IMG/VR virus record: IMGVR_UViG_3300049719_000158
Location: 1-64,000 of that record
Length of the DNA stretch: 64,000 nucleotides
Direction: 5' to 3' (one strand)
Source of the DNA: a virus
The translations under genes and the position numbers were made by a program. Under the pieces are notes generated by a model, which worked only from the letters and a program-made list of their open reading frames with translations, had not been told where the DNA came from and did not search any database. Below are positions 10,190 through 21,156 of the stretch, piece after piece. Within the stretch, counting starts at the first letter, position 1; every line of letters begins with the position of its first letter.

Positions 10190-10814
10190 ACTTACAAAGA
10201 AATTTTGTGTCTATGTTGATTTCATTTAACAAAATGGCAAATTTATTGCAGGTTACGTTGGTAAAGGTATTCAAGGGCGTTTAAATCAATCAGGACGTAA
10301 TTCTCATCATGAAGATATTGCGGAACATCATGATTGGAAACGAGTTGTTGGATTTGAGACTGATGACGAAAGCGAAGCTTTTGATGTCGAAAAGACTTTA
10401 ATACGAGAACTTCGAACATATGAACATGATCCTGAAAAAACTCGATACGCTTGTAACCAAACGATGGGTGGTGAAGGTGGGTGTACAGGATACAAAATGT
10501 CAGATGAAGAAAAAAAGTTAAGAAGTGAAAAACAAAAAAATGTATGGAATTATCCCGGATATCGAGAAAACATCATATCAAAAATTTCAACGACACAGAA
10601 AAATCACAAACAATCAGAAACAACAATTCAACGTAAACGTGATAACTTTTTGAAAGATAATGTAAAAGAATTTCATTCTAAGATTGCAAAAACTTCTCAA
10701 GCGTTGCGCAGACTGGGACGACGTATCGTCAAGTATTTTAATTTTAAAGATGCATCAATGACAACGTATTGTAGAGTAAAAACGTATCATTTTGTTATCG
10801 GTGACAACAAATGA
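10176..10814 (+). pseudogene. GIY-YIG-like/NUMOD3 homing endonuclease with in-frame TAA at 10227
   Basis: MKLFKLTKKFCVYVDFI*QNGKFIAGYVGKG...CNQTMGGEG, in frame with ORF 10464-10814; paralog near 34666 has E at the stop position. Confidence 0.8.
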
Positions 10815-11170
10815 AAACAGATGATGGCACGGAATTTGATTTTGACGTAGCAGATATATTTGAACCGGGAGAAATTATAGAATATTGGCATCCCGGTTGT
10901 ATTCGATTTTGTGATGTTGAAGGTAATCTTACGGGTGAACATGATCGATTAAGTCGTGGAACACATGTAAAAATTGTCAAAGAACATTGTCGATTTGAAG
11001 GAATTTTTCCGGGTATAAATTACGTTGTTGAAATAGTTACAGAAGGTCGCGGACAACATTTGGGTGACATTCCAAACGGTACCTTTGGTATTGTGGGATC
11101 ACCACATCTACTTCGTTTTGGCGACGTTACTTCTGAACACGCGATAAATAAAATGGGTTGGTGCATATAA
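10811..11170 (+). CDS. Hypothetical protein
   Basis: 119 aa ORF overlapping the preceding stop (ATGA). Confidence 0.65.
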   Translation: MKTDDGTEFDFDVADIFEPGEIIEYWHPGCIRFCDVEGNLTGEHDRLSRGTHVKIVKEHCRFEGIFPGINYVVEIVTEGRGQHLGDIPNGTFGIVGSPHLLRFGDVTSEHAINKMGWCI

Positions 11171-11935
11171 AATGTTAAGAATTGAAAAAAGCATGTATTT
11201 GAGATTATTTTGGGGCAAAACGAAGAAAATATGTCATGTTTTACATTACAATTATAATGTTCCAATATGGGTTCTCAAGGCATTAGGGTTTGCACGTTTT
11301 TTAAATTGGTGTGAACAACGCGTAAAGTGAGAAATCATGTTTTATCAATACAATGACGTTGATGCAATAATCGTAAGCGACGACATAACGCTTCGGACAA
11401 AGAGCGTCTTGAATGCAGACGGATTTGTTTGTGGAAGAGCGTGTGATAATGCAAACGTTCCTCCGACGCTTTTGATCAAAGAAAACGATTTCATCATAAC
11501 GTCAAAACAGTTTGAACAACATCCAGAAATATTTAATAATCTAATCTTAATGTGTGAAAAGGGTGAAATTGGTCGTGTTTTGTACAATGAGGGCGACAAC
11601 GTTGTTGTCATGTACCCGTGATTGAGAATTTCTTTGTCTCCGGTGTTGATGAGCCTTTACGCGTTTATCGACACGTGAATCCAGATGGAAGCATGGGTGG
11701 GTACGTGTGCTTGAACGTGGTTGTAAATCCACATGAAAAAATTGAATTTGACGAAATTGTTCTTTCAGAGAAAGAATACACGAACAAAAATTTGTTCGAA
11801 CGGTTAGTAACAATGACAAGTGATTTCAATAGTGATCAACTTGGCACAGTATCACTTTTTTGTCCACAAAGCAAATATGTGGTGAAATTACACATTGGAT
11901 GGAAAAAATCGTGAGACGAGTGAGCTAATTATTTC

Positions 11936-12490
11936 GTGTACCTCTTTGAAAAGATACGATCAAAGTCATTCGATTGGAACGAATTCGTCAATGTGACTTC
12001 TGTTGGAAAGCCATTTCAACAACGCAAACGTGCATTGCAATATGCTGAAGAACATGGGCTACTAAAACTTGGTGAAGGCAGCACTCGACGCGTCTTCGTG
12101 TTGACACCAAAACTGGCTCTCAAGGTTGCAATTGACGATGACGGCAGAGCGCAAAATAAAAAAGAGGACGCAGCTTATTACAAGACGCATTCGCCAATCA
12201 TCACAAAAGTGTTTAAGAACAGCCACGACTACTCGTGGATAGTAAGTGAACTTGTCAGGCCCGTAAAGAGCGATCAAGAATTTTACGATTTGACCGGTCT
12301 TGAACGTTCATCAAATCGTTTTACTCTTGGATTGTTCGCTCAAAAACGTGAACTCGAAAAAAACGATTTTTTACAAGAACTCACAAAATTTTGTCAAAAA
12401 ATGAAAATTGCTGACTACGACATTGATCGCATTGAACAATATGGAGTGACGGCAGATCAACGTATCGTCTTGCTCGATTTTGGCATCTGA
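11936..12490 (+). CDS. Minimal protein-kinase-like protein, paralog 1
   Basis: LGEGSTRRVF Gly-loop, LALKVA Lys, helix-C Glu, terminal IVLLDFG. Confidence 0.75.
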   Translation: MYLFEKIRSKSFDWNEFVNVTSVGKPFQQRKRALQYAEEHGLLKLGEGSTRRVFVLTPKLALKVAIDDDGRAQNKKEDAAYYKTHSPIITKVFKNSHDYSWIVSELVRPVKSDQEFYDLTGLERSSNRFTLGLFAQKRELEKNDFLQELTKFCQKMKIADYDIDRIEQYGVTADQRIVLLDFGI

Positions 12491-12760
12491 GTGGAAATTA
12501 TGAAAATTACAATAAGAGAACTCAAGACATTGATACGGGAATATGGGCTTTTTGACGATTGGATGCATTCAGGTGAATATTGTAACTGTTCCGGGTTTTC
12601 AGATGCAAGAGCGAAGGGAACACAGGATAGCGTTTTAGCAGCGTCACAGGGTCTCGGAGATGAAGACGAACGTGTGAACGATGATGACAGGGAGTTCAGT
12701 GAACGAGAAAAACGTCAGATAGGTTGGAGCGTTCCGAGTTTAGACGACGAGCTTAGTTAA
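12491..12760 (+). CDS. Small acidic protein with MKITIRELKTLIRE leader
   Basis: Shared N-terminal motif; likely start ATG at 12500. Confidence 0.7.
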   Translation: MEIMKITIRELKTLIREYGLFDDWMHSGEYCNCSGFSDARAKGTQDSVLAASQGLGDEDERVNDDDREFSEREKRQIGWSVPSLDDELS

Positions 12761-12761
12761 T

Positions 12762-13112
12762 TCACGCGCCTCTCATCACCGACGTCGGAATGGGTGAACT
12801 CATGTTGACGTATGGGTCCTGTTGACACCACGCAACATTTTCATCATTTGGAGGACATGGTCCAAAAATATCTTCGTCAGTCTCAAAGTCTATGTTTTGA
12901 TCCCTGAGGTGTGTCGGTAACTCAACGTCTTCACCCGCGTCATTAATTGTGTCTAAATTCTGACTGTTCAAGAACGTCAGCTGTTCCCTCGATGTCACGC
13001 CCAATGGCTGATTGGGTCCATCGTATGGAACTTGCTTGTGATTGACACCACCACCATTTTCAATGAGCGATCGTCTTATCAATCGTCGAAGTTCTCTTAT
13101 TGTCGTCTTCAT
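12762..13112 (-). CDS. Protein with MKTTIRELRRLIRRSLIE leader
   Basis: Shared motif; TAATTA just upstream. Confidence 0.7.
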   Translation of the reverse strand: MKTTIRELRRLIRRSLIENGGGVNHKQVPYDGPNQPLGVTSREQLTFLNSQNLDTINDAGEDVELPTHLRDQNIDFETDEDIFGPCPPNDENVAWCQQDPYVNMSSPIPTSVMRGA

Positions 13113-13707
13113 GAAGTATAATTAAGGAACTCCAAACATTTGTGTCAAAAGTCTAAACGCCTTTTGCTTGTTCACGCTAACTCTCATCATGTCTCGCATA
13201 ATGCGTGCCATCGTTATCTTATCACACAGTTCGAACACACGAGTGCACCACCCACGCTCACAATTTTTTCTTCCGTTGACGCAACTTGTGCAATCACAGC
13301 ATTCGCAGCCGCAGTCTTCGTCTCCACAAGTTTCGCATGGCGGTTCTTCGAAAGGACAGTCATCACACACGACGCATCCACCAACCCACTCAGCAAGTTC
13401 AGGAGACAATAACATTTCTTTTCCGCAACGCGTGCAGTGATCGACTACGTGTGTCATGGCGTCTCAACAGGTTGCACGATTTCGTACCAGTCACCCTTTC
13501 GCGCAACGGGCAAATCACATGTGTAGTCGATCATCTCACGATTTGTTTCTTTGCACATCACGATTGTGTCGCCGTAATAATGTTCCTGTACAGTGAAAAG
13601 CATGTCATCATCGATGACATGTTGTGAGCGATAGGTCGCCTAACGTCTTGATTTTGTTTTCAACATACTTCTTGCAGTTACAATTTCACATGTCATTGTT
13701 TTCTCCT

Positions 13708-14007
13708 TCACCTGTCGTTCGTTATGCTCACGTAGACAGGAACACCTTTCCAGAACGCGCAAGCAATTCCTGCCTTGATGTAGTCCTGCAACATCACACA
13801 CAGTATCATGTGTTTCTGTAGGTCGTTCGTGCTCTTTATCAAAAGTCTAAGTTTGTGTTCTATTAGATCCTCAAACTTTGACGCATCAGTTCCCTGTGGG
13901 AGCCTGTGCCTGACGTGCAACACGAATGGCGTGCACTCGTTCAGTGGCACGTGCATCTGTTCTTCGTTCGCGAAACACTTTGCTTGCATGTAACTAACTT
14001 TCTTCAA
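13708..14007 (-). CDS. Hypothetical protein
   Basis: 99 aa ORF within a minus-strand gene run. Confidence 0.55.
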   Translation of the reverse strand: MKKVSYMQAKCFANEEQMHVPLNECTPFVLHVRHRLPQGTDASKFEDLIEHKLRLLIKSTNDLQKHMILCVMLQDYIKAGIACAFWKGVPVYVSITNDR

Positions 14008-14449
14008 CTGCTGTTTCTATGGGTTGTTCGGGCATCACGACGTCTTCGTTTTCCTCGACGTTCTTCATCCGTCGCTGTCGCTTCTTCTTTCCACGCGTCT
14101 TCTTCAAGTGTTCATCGGTAAGAATGCCACATCGTGGTGGATTTTTGGGGTCAATGCCATAGTTATCTACGCGAGTGTCATCAAGAAGATCGACCGTGAC
14201 GGTGTCGTGAAATCCGTTTGGATCATCGAACCCAACGACCGTGCAAATGTCGAGCGTGAACCTATCTTTGTTGGTGTCCCAATCGTGAGTGTCAAAGCGT
14301 TCTACCAGAACCTTGTCTCCCTTTTTTGGAATGAACACGCCATCGACGATTGCAGGTTGCAGGTCTTCAATCTTTAACAATGGGTGCGGAAACTCAGGAG
14401 TGAACTTGTAGACAATTCCACGAACTTTCTTTTCTTTGTCCTTAGCCAT
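13994..14449 (-). CDS. Hypothetical protein with basic C-terminal patch
   Basis: 151 aa; promoter repeat at 14447-14484. Confidence 0.7.
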   Translation of the reverse strand: MAKDKEKKVRGIVYKFTPEFPHPLLKIEDLQPAIVDGVFIPKKGDKVLVERFDTHDWDTNKDRFTLDICTVVGFDDPNGFHDTVTVDLLDDTRVDNYGIDPKNPPRCGILTDEHLKKTRGKKKRQRRMKNVEENEDVVMPEQPIETAVEES

Positions 14450-14461
14450 AAGCTTAATATA

Positions 14462-14898
14462 TCACACTCGCATAGAACATTCACTTTGCAAATTTTTCCA
14501 TCTTACGTATGCACAAAGCGCATGATCAACGGGAGGCTTTTTTGGAACGATGTTTTTGCAAAATATCTCCCAACTTGCCGCACCGTATTGCCCAATGCCG
14601 GGTAGCTCTCTTGCGTGTGTAAATCCGCCAATGTAAGCTTTTGCAAGTTTCATGAGTGTCTTTGACCTCCTGTTTGAAAAACCAAGAGGTTCAACAATGT
14701 AACAAGCTCATTCATGTCTGCGTTGACAACGTTTTTGGGATCACTGTACTTCTTGATGAAGTTAGGGAACATTTTGTCAACCTGCTTCCTCGTTGTACAA
14801 TTCAGGAACACTGCGACGCAAAGTGTTAGAAACTCATTGTCACAGATGTACTCTTGCAAGAGACAGATTGGAGATAATATTACTATTTTTGTTCGCAC
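14462..14898 (-). pseudogene. MBD4-like HhH-GPD DNA glycosylase, frameshifted near 14693
   Basis: LLQE...VFLNCTTRKQV...KYSDP...AD..EL, alternate frame EPLGFSNRRSKTL, then HhH motif ELPGIGQYGAASWEIFC. Confidence 0.8.
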
Positions 14899-15584
14899 TC
14901 AGGTTCCGTGTCGAGTTCTTGTTCAGCGTTAGTGCCGTATCCAAGATGTTTTTCAGCATCAAAATTTGGTTTTTCTGAGTGAAAACGACAGTTATAACAG
15001 TGTTTTGAGTCGTACAATGGGCATCGCCACGTGCAGTCGCAGCATGATTTACGTGTGTTTTGCATGTCAATTCGCCGCATCTGCCATCGACGGCAGTTTT
15101 GAGAAGATGACGAGCGTTTCACGTCCTGGGTTCTTTGCAAAGATTTCATTGATCTTTTCCTTGTCGAGAGCAATGATCGTTCCATTTTTGACAGTGCACG
15201 TCGCGACGCCCTGAAGTTTCGCAATGTTCATGAGGTAATTGATTTTGTCATCGTCGTTCATTTTGATTCACTTTCGTACTTATTTTCCGGACTCCACGTC
15301 CAAAAAGTCCACTCACCGTTTACAAGAACTGGTCTGTGTTCACAGTTGTGATCGTCACATGGATTACATCCTGCATTCACGCAGCACTCATAGTGATAAC
15401 ACGTGTCGCACACCCAACGACCGTCAACACACTGTGTGTGTAACACATGACTTCGAGCGTATATTTTTGTTGGTTCATCATCACCGTGGTGACAAAACAA
15501 CTCTTCAATGCCCGTCTGACACATGTGACAGGAACAAAAATCACAATACATTATGTGAAGAATATAAACAATTTATGAAGTGAA

Positions 15585-16118
15585 TTACAAATTCAAGTCA
15601 CTCATCATATTTTTAAAATAAGTGCTAAACGGGCTTGTTTCAGGATTTAGCAACGTTGATTTATCGACCCACTTGACATCGCCCTCATCACTGGGCGTTA
15701 TCTCACCTTCGACCTTACACGCAAAGCACGCCACTGTGAATGCATCATTTTTGTCAATGTAGATCTGGTTGCAAGACAACACCATGAGGCCCGTTTCTTC
15801 AAAACACTCTCGTGCTGCGGCTTTAGAAAATGGTTCACATCGCTCGCAATGCCCGCCAGGCAGCCCCCAAGAATTTACTCCCACGCCCCTGCTCACCGCA
15901 AGTATCTTGCCATCTTTTCGTCTAATGAAACATATTGCGGCACGATTTTTGCTGTCCCAATCATTGTCGCGCTCTTCGTCGCTAAAGATGTTTTGTCCAC
16001 GCTCGGGAGATAGTTCAACGTCATAGCGAAGATTGTGGGGACTATCGAAATAACGTAATCCACCCGTTCCAAATCCGTCAAGGACTTCCCATAAATATTG
16101 TCGAAGCAAGCGTTTCAT
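15585..16118 (-). CDS. Nudix hydrolase with LLRQYLWE leader
   Basis: Nudix box GGHCERCEPFSKAAARECFEETGL. Confidence 0.9.
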   Translation of the reverse strand: MKRLLRQYLWEVLDGFGTGGLRYFDSPHNLRYDVELSPERGQNIFSDEERDNDWDSKNRAAICFIRRKDGKILAVSRGVGVNSWGLPGGHCERCEPFSKAAARECFEETGLMVLSCNQIYIDKNDAFTVACFACKVEGEITPSDEGDVKWVDKSTLLNPETSPFSTYFKNMMSDLNL

Positions 16119-16314
16119 GACTTAATTATGTATGTCCCAATGGACAACGTGGTGTTAAAGGATGTAAACATTCTGACAAAAGCTGTGACGTTACATCAAA
16201 AAGATTTAGGCTCTTCGTAGATTAGCAAAACGAATATGTAATCAATTGTTGATAAAAAATTTTATTGTCACTGCAAACATACAAGTATTTTCTAATATAG
16301 ATTATGAACAAGAA

Positions 16315-16521
16315 TTACTTCTTAAACACTTGCCAACATAACATTCCTATACTAAGAACGAAAGGCATAACCCAACGCTTCCAACTTGTCATATTTTCAT
16401 GTTCTTTGGTGTGAGTTATACGCCAATCGTTTAAAATAGCAATTGAAACAGTCATTGACGTCGTTAATTCATCAACTTTTTCCACAAGATGGTCCAGTTT
16501 GTCATCAATTGAGCGTGTCAT
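16315..16521 (-). CDS. Small coiled-coil protein with C-terminal TM helix (holin/lysis accessory candidate)
   Basis: Directly downstream of the CHAP-like gene; hydrophobic C-terminus. Confidence 0.45.
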   Translation of the reverse strand: MTRSIDDKLDHLVEKVDELTTSMTVSIAILNDWRITHTKEHENMTSWKRWVMPFVLSIGMLCWQVFKK

Positions 16522-16581
16522 TGTTTCACCTATACGTCGCGTGTCATTTAAGTTCCCTCTTTGATAATTAGGAAATTCACG

Positions 16582-17148
16582 TCAAAATACGGGTAAATTG
16601 ATCATGTTTGTGTCAAAAAATCCGATCAAATTTCTTCCATTGTCAAACATCGGGCCCAACGTTCGCTTGCCCATTGAACACTCAGTGCCATCGTTTTTGC
16701 CGCCCTCGGCAGTCGTCCACGTATTATTTCCCATGTCTTCAACGAATATTCCAACGTGGCAATTATCAGGGCTTGCTTTGCTTTGAACGAAAAATATTGC
16801 TCCTGGTGCAGGCTGCGTTGTGTCAGGTGTCCTGTACTTTGTCCACGACGGGTGAGAAAATCCAAAAGGCACCCAACCTTCAAGTAAAGTCTTGTTATTC
16901 TTTGCAGGATTTACTTTACATCCGCAATAGTACAATACAGCTCTCACGAATATGCCACAACTTGTGTGAATGCCTGATAGATCAACGCTGTCATCGCCGC
17001 ACGAAATGAATTGCTTGTAGTAATCGTGCTGTAGCTTATTGCTCATTGGTCCACGAGACAACACTTCCTGAGCACAGCGAGATACACGTTCGTTTGTAGG
17101 TTCGCCTTGTTTATTTTGAAAGAAAAAATAGTAGTTGTAATCAATCAC
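16582..17148 (-). CDS. CHAP/NlpC-like amidase (endolysin candidate)
   Basis: TSCGIFV...PAPGAIFF...HVGIFVE...TAEGG, giving a Cys-His-Glu arrangement. Confidence 0.7.
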   Translation of the reverse strand: MIDYNYYFFFQNKQGEPTNERVSRCAQEVLSRGPMSNKLQHDYYKQFISCGDDSVDLSGIHTSCGIFVRAVLYYCGCKVNPAKNNKTLLEGWVPFGFSHPSWTKYRTPDTTQPAPGAIFFVQSKASPDNCHVGIFVEDMGNNTWTTAEGGKNDGTECSMGKRTLGPMFDNGRNLIGFFDTNMINLPVF

Positions 17149-17151
17149 ATA

Positions 17152-17400
17152 TTAATTATGTTTACAAACGTAAAACGAAATGAACATATTTGGAGATGTC
17201 ACAAATACGTCGTATTCGTCTTGTGTCATTCCTAAGAATTCGTGAAGTTTTATGTTCGTATTTTCATGATGCCAATAATCAATTGCGTCATCGATTTCTT
17301 CGTAAATATCATCAACGTTTCCAAATATGAAACGTTCCATCACAGGTACGTGATATTTTTTGGGAGTTATTTTGTAATAATTTTTCATTCTGCGTTCCAC
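17152..17400 (-). CDS. Hypothetical phage protein
   Basis: IDYWH...LHEFLGMTQDEY motif. Confidence 0.6.
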   Translation of the reverse strand: MERRMKNYYKITPKKYHVPVMERFIFGNVDDIYEEIDDAIDYWHHENTNIKLHEFLGMTQDEYDVFVTSPNMFISFYVCKHN

Positions 17401-18281
17401 AAAGTGTCAAATGTTTTTGTAAACTTCTCCCAGTACGATGATTTCAACATCGACTTGAATTCGAACCCTTCAAACTTTGTTGCGACTACTTCCCAATTTC
17501 GTTCAGGATTTGAACTCGTAACTTTCATGACGTCGCTCTCGTCGAATTCGTAGAACTTGATGAGCTGCAAGTTTTTCTTCAAACGTTCCTTCGCAGCTTC
17601 ACCGTATTTTTCTTCAACATTGCGAAGCAAAACGATCGGGAGAGGAATTTGTTTCTTTGAAGACGTTGAAATCGCGACGCACTCATCAATAAGTTTTTTT
17701 GCTGTAACAGGTCCAACGTCTTCAATTCCTTCAACGTTGTCGCTATCATCGCCAGTTAGCGACTTCACAAGCAAGTAGTGATCAATGTTTTCAACGAACG
17801 ACTTCTGGACGGGATTGTACAATCGAACGTTTAGGAACGTATTCAAAAGTTGAATAAAATCTGTGTCTGTGCTTATGACTATGAAGTTAACCGAACGTGA
17901 TGCACGATTAACTACGTTAAAAATTAAGTCGTCTGCCTCGACGTGTGGATGTCGCATCACTGAGACAGGAAAATACTTGCTCAACAAGTCAATGATTTCA
18001 TCGCACTGTACATAAAACTTCTTACGCTTCTCAATCTCTATGGGATCAGAAGTCTTGCGATTTGCTTTGTACTCGCTATCAATTTCGACACGTCGTTGTT
18101 CGTGACCTTCAAGCGTAAAAATGATACGTTGAGGATTGAACTTTTCGATCAGTGACTTGAGAGATCGAAACAAGTTAAACGTGCATGCATGGTCTCCCAA
18201 TTGAAATCCGCTTCGAGCGCGATGCAACATATTTTGACCATCAAAGATGAGTGTCAATGGATAATTGTCATTTTGTGTCAT
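17385..18281 (-). CDS. 5'-3' exonuclease (FEN/T4 RNase H/PolA N-terminal family)
   Basis: FDGQN, YKANR, EADDL, STDTDF, LTGDDSDNVEGI..VGPVTA; start moved to the promoter-linked ATG at 18281. Confidence 0.92.
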   Translation of the reverse strand: MTQNDNYPLTLIFDGQNMLHRARSGFQLGDHACTFNLFRSLKSLIEKFNPQRIIFTLEGHEQRRVEIDSEYKANRKTSDPIEIEKRKKFYVQCDEIIDLLSKYFPVSVMRHPHVEADDLIFNVVNRASRSVNFIVISTDTDFIQLLNTFLNVRLYNPVQKSFVENIDHYLLVKSLTGDDSDNVEGIEDVGPVTAKKLIDECVAISTSSKKQIPLPIVLLRNVEEKYGEAAKERLKKNLQLIKFYEFDESDVMKVTSSNPERNWEVVATKFEGFEFKSMLKSSYWEKFTKTFDTLWNAE

Positions 18282-18311
18282 GTGAAAATTATAATCTATT
18301 TTGACACACAA

Positions 18312-18734
18312 TTACAATGCTATGAATACTGTTCCCAAAATTATTGACAACATTCCGATCACCTTCATCAATGTTATCGTCTCATGTAAAAACATGTAAC
18401 AAAAAAGAAACGTCAACATGGGATAACAAGAAGTTAAAGAAACAGCTACGTTAACTGGCACGGTGACCATTGCTTTGTTCAAAGCAAGTTGCGCAATCAT
18501 GTTGACCGCGTATGCTCCGGCTGCCCACCAAAATGCATTCAATGAAAAGTTTAATTGAACGTGATTTTTTACAGCAATAAAATACAATGTAGGTAAAAAG
18601 AATGCACCGCTGACACCGACCAATAGCGTAACTGCGATCGGAGACGACGCGATCAGTGCACGCTTCATCGCGATTGGCCAAAATGCCCACGAAATTGTTG
18701 TCGCCACTATCATTCCTACATCTATCAACTTCAT
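18312..18734 (-). CDS. EamA/DMT family membrane transporter (single repeat)
   Basis: Five TM helices; YPMLT..F..MFLHETIT..KVIGM motif. Confidence 0.8.
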   Translation of the reverse strand: MKLIDVGMIVATTISWAFWPIAMKRALIASSPIAVTLLVGVSGAFFLPTLYFIAVKNHVQLNFSLNAFWWAAGAYAVNMIAQLALNKAMVTVPVNVAVSLTSCYPMLTFLFCYMFLHETITLMKVIGMLSIILGTVFIAL

Positions 18735-18738
18735 GTTA

Positions 18739-19146
18739 CTAACCCATTCTTACTCGTGCTTTTGTGCCATCTTCAAGAGTTATCATTTGACACCCATCTT
18801 CACCCAACGTGCGATTTGTTGGACCTCGTGGAAGAGTGGGAGGTGTTTGAGGTGTTTCAACTTGCGCTTGCAAATACCATTCCTTGGCATTCTTCTGTGC
18901 GTCGTCAATGATCGCGTTTATCGCTCCTGTTGCCCTCTCGATCAGTGTCTTCTTTGCTGACTTTGCGTCGTCAAAGAATTCAGTTCCAATGTCAGTCAAG
19001 GGAACGGGAGCGTTATTCTTGTACTGAACAAGGTACGCAACGTCAGACCCGCTCAGCGTCTTTTTGACAATTTCTTCAACGACGAGCACGGGTTGAACTG
19101 TGTTTCCCTTGACGACGTATATCGTTTGTCCCAATTTGTATGTCAT
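18739..19146 (-). CDS. Hypothetical protein
   Basis: 135 aa ORF, operonic. Confidence 0.7.
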   Translation of the reverse strand: MTYKLGQTIYVVKGNTVQPVLVVEEIVKKTLSGSDVAYLVQYKNNAPVPLTDIGTEFFDDAKSAKKTLIERATGAINAIIDDAQKNAKEWYLQAQVETPQTPPTLPRGPTNRTLGEDGCQMITLEDGTKARVRMG

Positions 19147-19600
19147 AGTTTCATCCGCGGAGATAAATTTGATCCCAAAGACATCTTCTCTCTGTCAATC
19201 ATATTTGGTTCTTCAGCAACACCTGGCGGTGGCTCATTTGTTTCAGCTTCAATCACGTCACGTTCTTCGTCTGTTATTGCGTTCCAATAACGTTCTAGCG
19301 CGCCAACGTACTTCATCTCTTCTTTTGCGAAAGATTAGTTCGCTTCTGCACGAGCTAAAAATAGCGACATTTTTGTAATAAGCCAATCATGTCACTTATC
19401 CTGCAAACGGATTATCTTTTTTATCAAAAGAACAAATATACGTATCAAAAGGAATGTGATAAATAGCGGCCAAAATATGCAGCGCGCACAAATTATTGGT
19501 GATTTTAAGTAATAAAACGTATCGTCCTCGAGAATATCTCCTGTAATAAAAGCGGCCGCTAATGCGACGATGCAAATCGCTAGCCAAACGAATAATAATG

Positions 19601-20029
19601 TCATGTCTCTTCACTTTCGTGTTCACACTCGCAGCATTCGCACTCACCCTGACACGCTTCTGAAAAAGCATTTTCACACTCAGGTTCAGGTCCATCGCCT
19701 TCGTACTGCGGGTCTGCCTGAAGCTCAAACACGCCCAATGTCGCAGGAGCAGAAATCGACACAATGTAGTCAGGTACAACGTCACCCACGGGCACGTCAG
19801 CTTCAATGCACAGCCTCACGATCTTGTTCCAAAGCACCTGTTCGACCATCGAACGATTTCCAACCTTTGCGAGCGCCTGGCTGATCGTCTCGCGCATGTC
19901 AGAGGGTAACATGACACTCATGACGTCGCGCAAGTGCAAAAGCTGATACCGAGTGAGCTGCAATGCGAACACGTCGTTAGTCTTTGAGATAAATTCTTCT
20001 TCAGTCGGCATGGTCATTTTTCCTTTCAT
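19601..20029 (-). CDS. Hypothetical protein with CEC-rich acidic tail
   Basis: 142 aa ORF. Confidence 0.65.
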   Translation of the reverse strand: MKGKMTMPTEEEFISKTNDVFALQLTRYQLLHLRDVMSVMLPSDMRETISQALAKVGNRSMVEQVLWNKIVRLCIEADVPVGDVVPDYIVSISAPATLGVFELQADPQYEGDGPEPECENAFSEACQGECECCECEHESEET

Positions 20030-20226
20030 TGAATGCGTAAAATGTTGTTTTGCGTTTCAAGGGCATCCGGGTGAGCTTTCTTCAACCTTTCGAGCAAGTG
20101 TCCAATGATAACCTACTCGACAATCGAAGGAAGTTGCTCACCATTCCTGACAATGGCTTGTGCGTACTCTTGATTTGCTAAAGCGAAAGCTGCACGAAAC
20201 GTGCCAGTATCCGGATGTTTCATTTT

Positions 20227-20508
20227 TCACACCGTAGTTAAGGCCTCTATGAACAAGTCAAAGCAATCACGATGTTCAACTTCGCTCTGAATTTTAGTGA
20301 CTTTAAGCGCCGCATTCAAAGTGCGAATATCAAGTTTGTCAGCGTACTCTTCGACTAATGCCTTGCGATCGTCTTTGAGCGTTGAAATCTCATTTTCAAT
20401 GTTCTGCATGCGATCCATGAATTCCTTCACGGTTGCACGTAATGCATTGATTTCATCAGGTTGAAGTTGACCAATATCTACTGTTTGTTTCTTACTACGT
20501 TTTGCCAT
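20227..20508 (-). CDS. GapR/T4 DsbA-like dsDNA-binding protein
   Basis: LR..VKEFMDRMQNIENEI..LKDDRKAL..EY..KLD...LNAALK pattern. Confidence 0.65.
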   Translation of the reverse strand: MAKRSKKQTVDIGQLQPDEINALRATVKEFMDRMQNIENEISTLKDDRKALVEEYADKLDIRTLNAALKVTKIQSEVEHRDCFDLFIEALTTV

Positions 20509-20556
20509 GTTTGAATATTATCAAACACAACGTCAGGTGTATAAACTAATTCATAA

Positions 20557-21156
20557 CTACAATCCATACCCATAATCTAAAAGTCTTAGCTCACCATCCG
20601 CATTAGTCCCCCGCTGCTCTGCAATGCAAAATTCAGCAGGGTCAAGTACGGCGCCTTCAAACCTTCGCAAGAGCTCAATGAACGCATTGTGGTTGTTTTC
20701 GTCCTCAATGACGTTGTACGCTTCGTCTTCAAAGAAGCCTGTGATCTTTTTGAGCTGTCGTTCGTTCTTGATGGGTTTCACGAGCTTCGACACGAGCCAC
20801 GTACAGTGTTCACCGGTTGCGTATTTAAAAATCTTCGTGATGGGCAAGTGTTTCAACTTTTCGAACTGTTCAACCTCAAACTTGTTCTGATTAATTCCTC
20901 TGCTATTACGAGCAATTTTTAACACCTTTTTGCTCGTTAAAACGAGAGCTTCACGTGAAGAAGCATCGCCAATTTGTTGCAAACGTTCTTCGGCATAGTG
21001 ACGTGCTTGAACGATGTCGCCCGGTTGATCAGAGAACTCGTCCGGAGAGCTTGCAAGTCGCTCAAACTCTTGCATGTTGAACTTTTTGTCGTAAGCTTGA
21101 CGAATTCGCTCACGTATTAATCGACGCAGTCTTAGTTCATTGAAAGGGTGAGACAT
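20557..21156 (-). CDS. Minimal protein-kinase-like protein, paralog 2
   Basis: IGDASSR, VLKIA, QNKFE, LRLLDYG; LRRLIRE leader. Confidence 0.75.
   Translation of the reverse strand: MSHPFNELRLRRLIRERIRQAYDKKFNMQEFERLASSPDEFSDQPGDIVQARHYAEERLQQIGDASSREALVLTSKKVLKIARNSRGINQNKFEVEQFEKLKHLPITKIFKYATGEHCTWLVSKLVKPIKNERQLKKITGFFEDEAYNVIEDENNHNAFIELLRRFEGAVLDPAEFCIAEQRGTNADGELRLLDYGYGL

Noticed and set aside
11337-11621. Possible GroES by size and proximity to groEL
   Set aside because: No PLxDRV or mobile-loop GGI motifs are recognisable.
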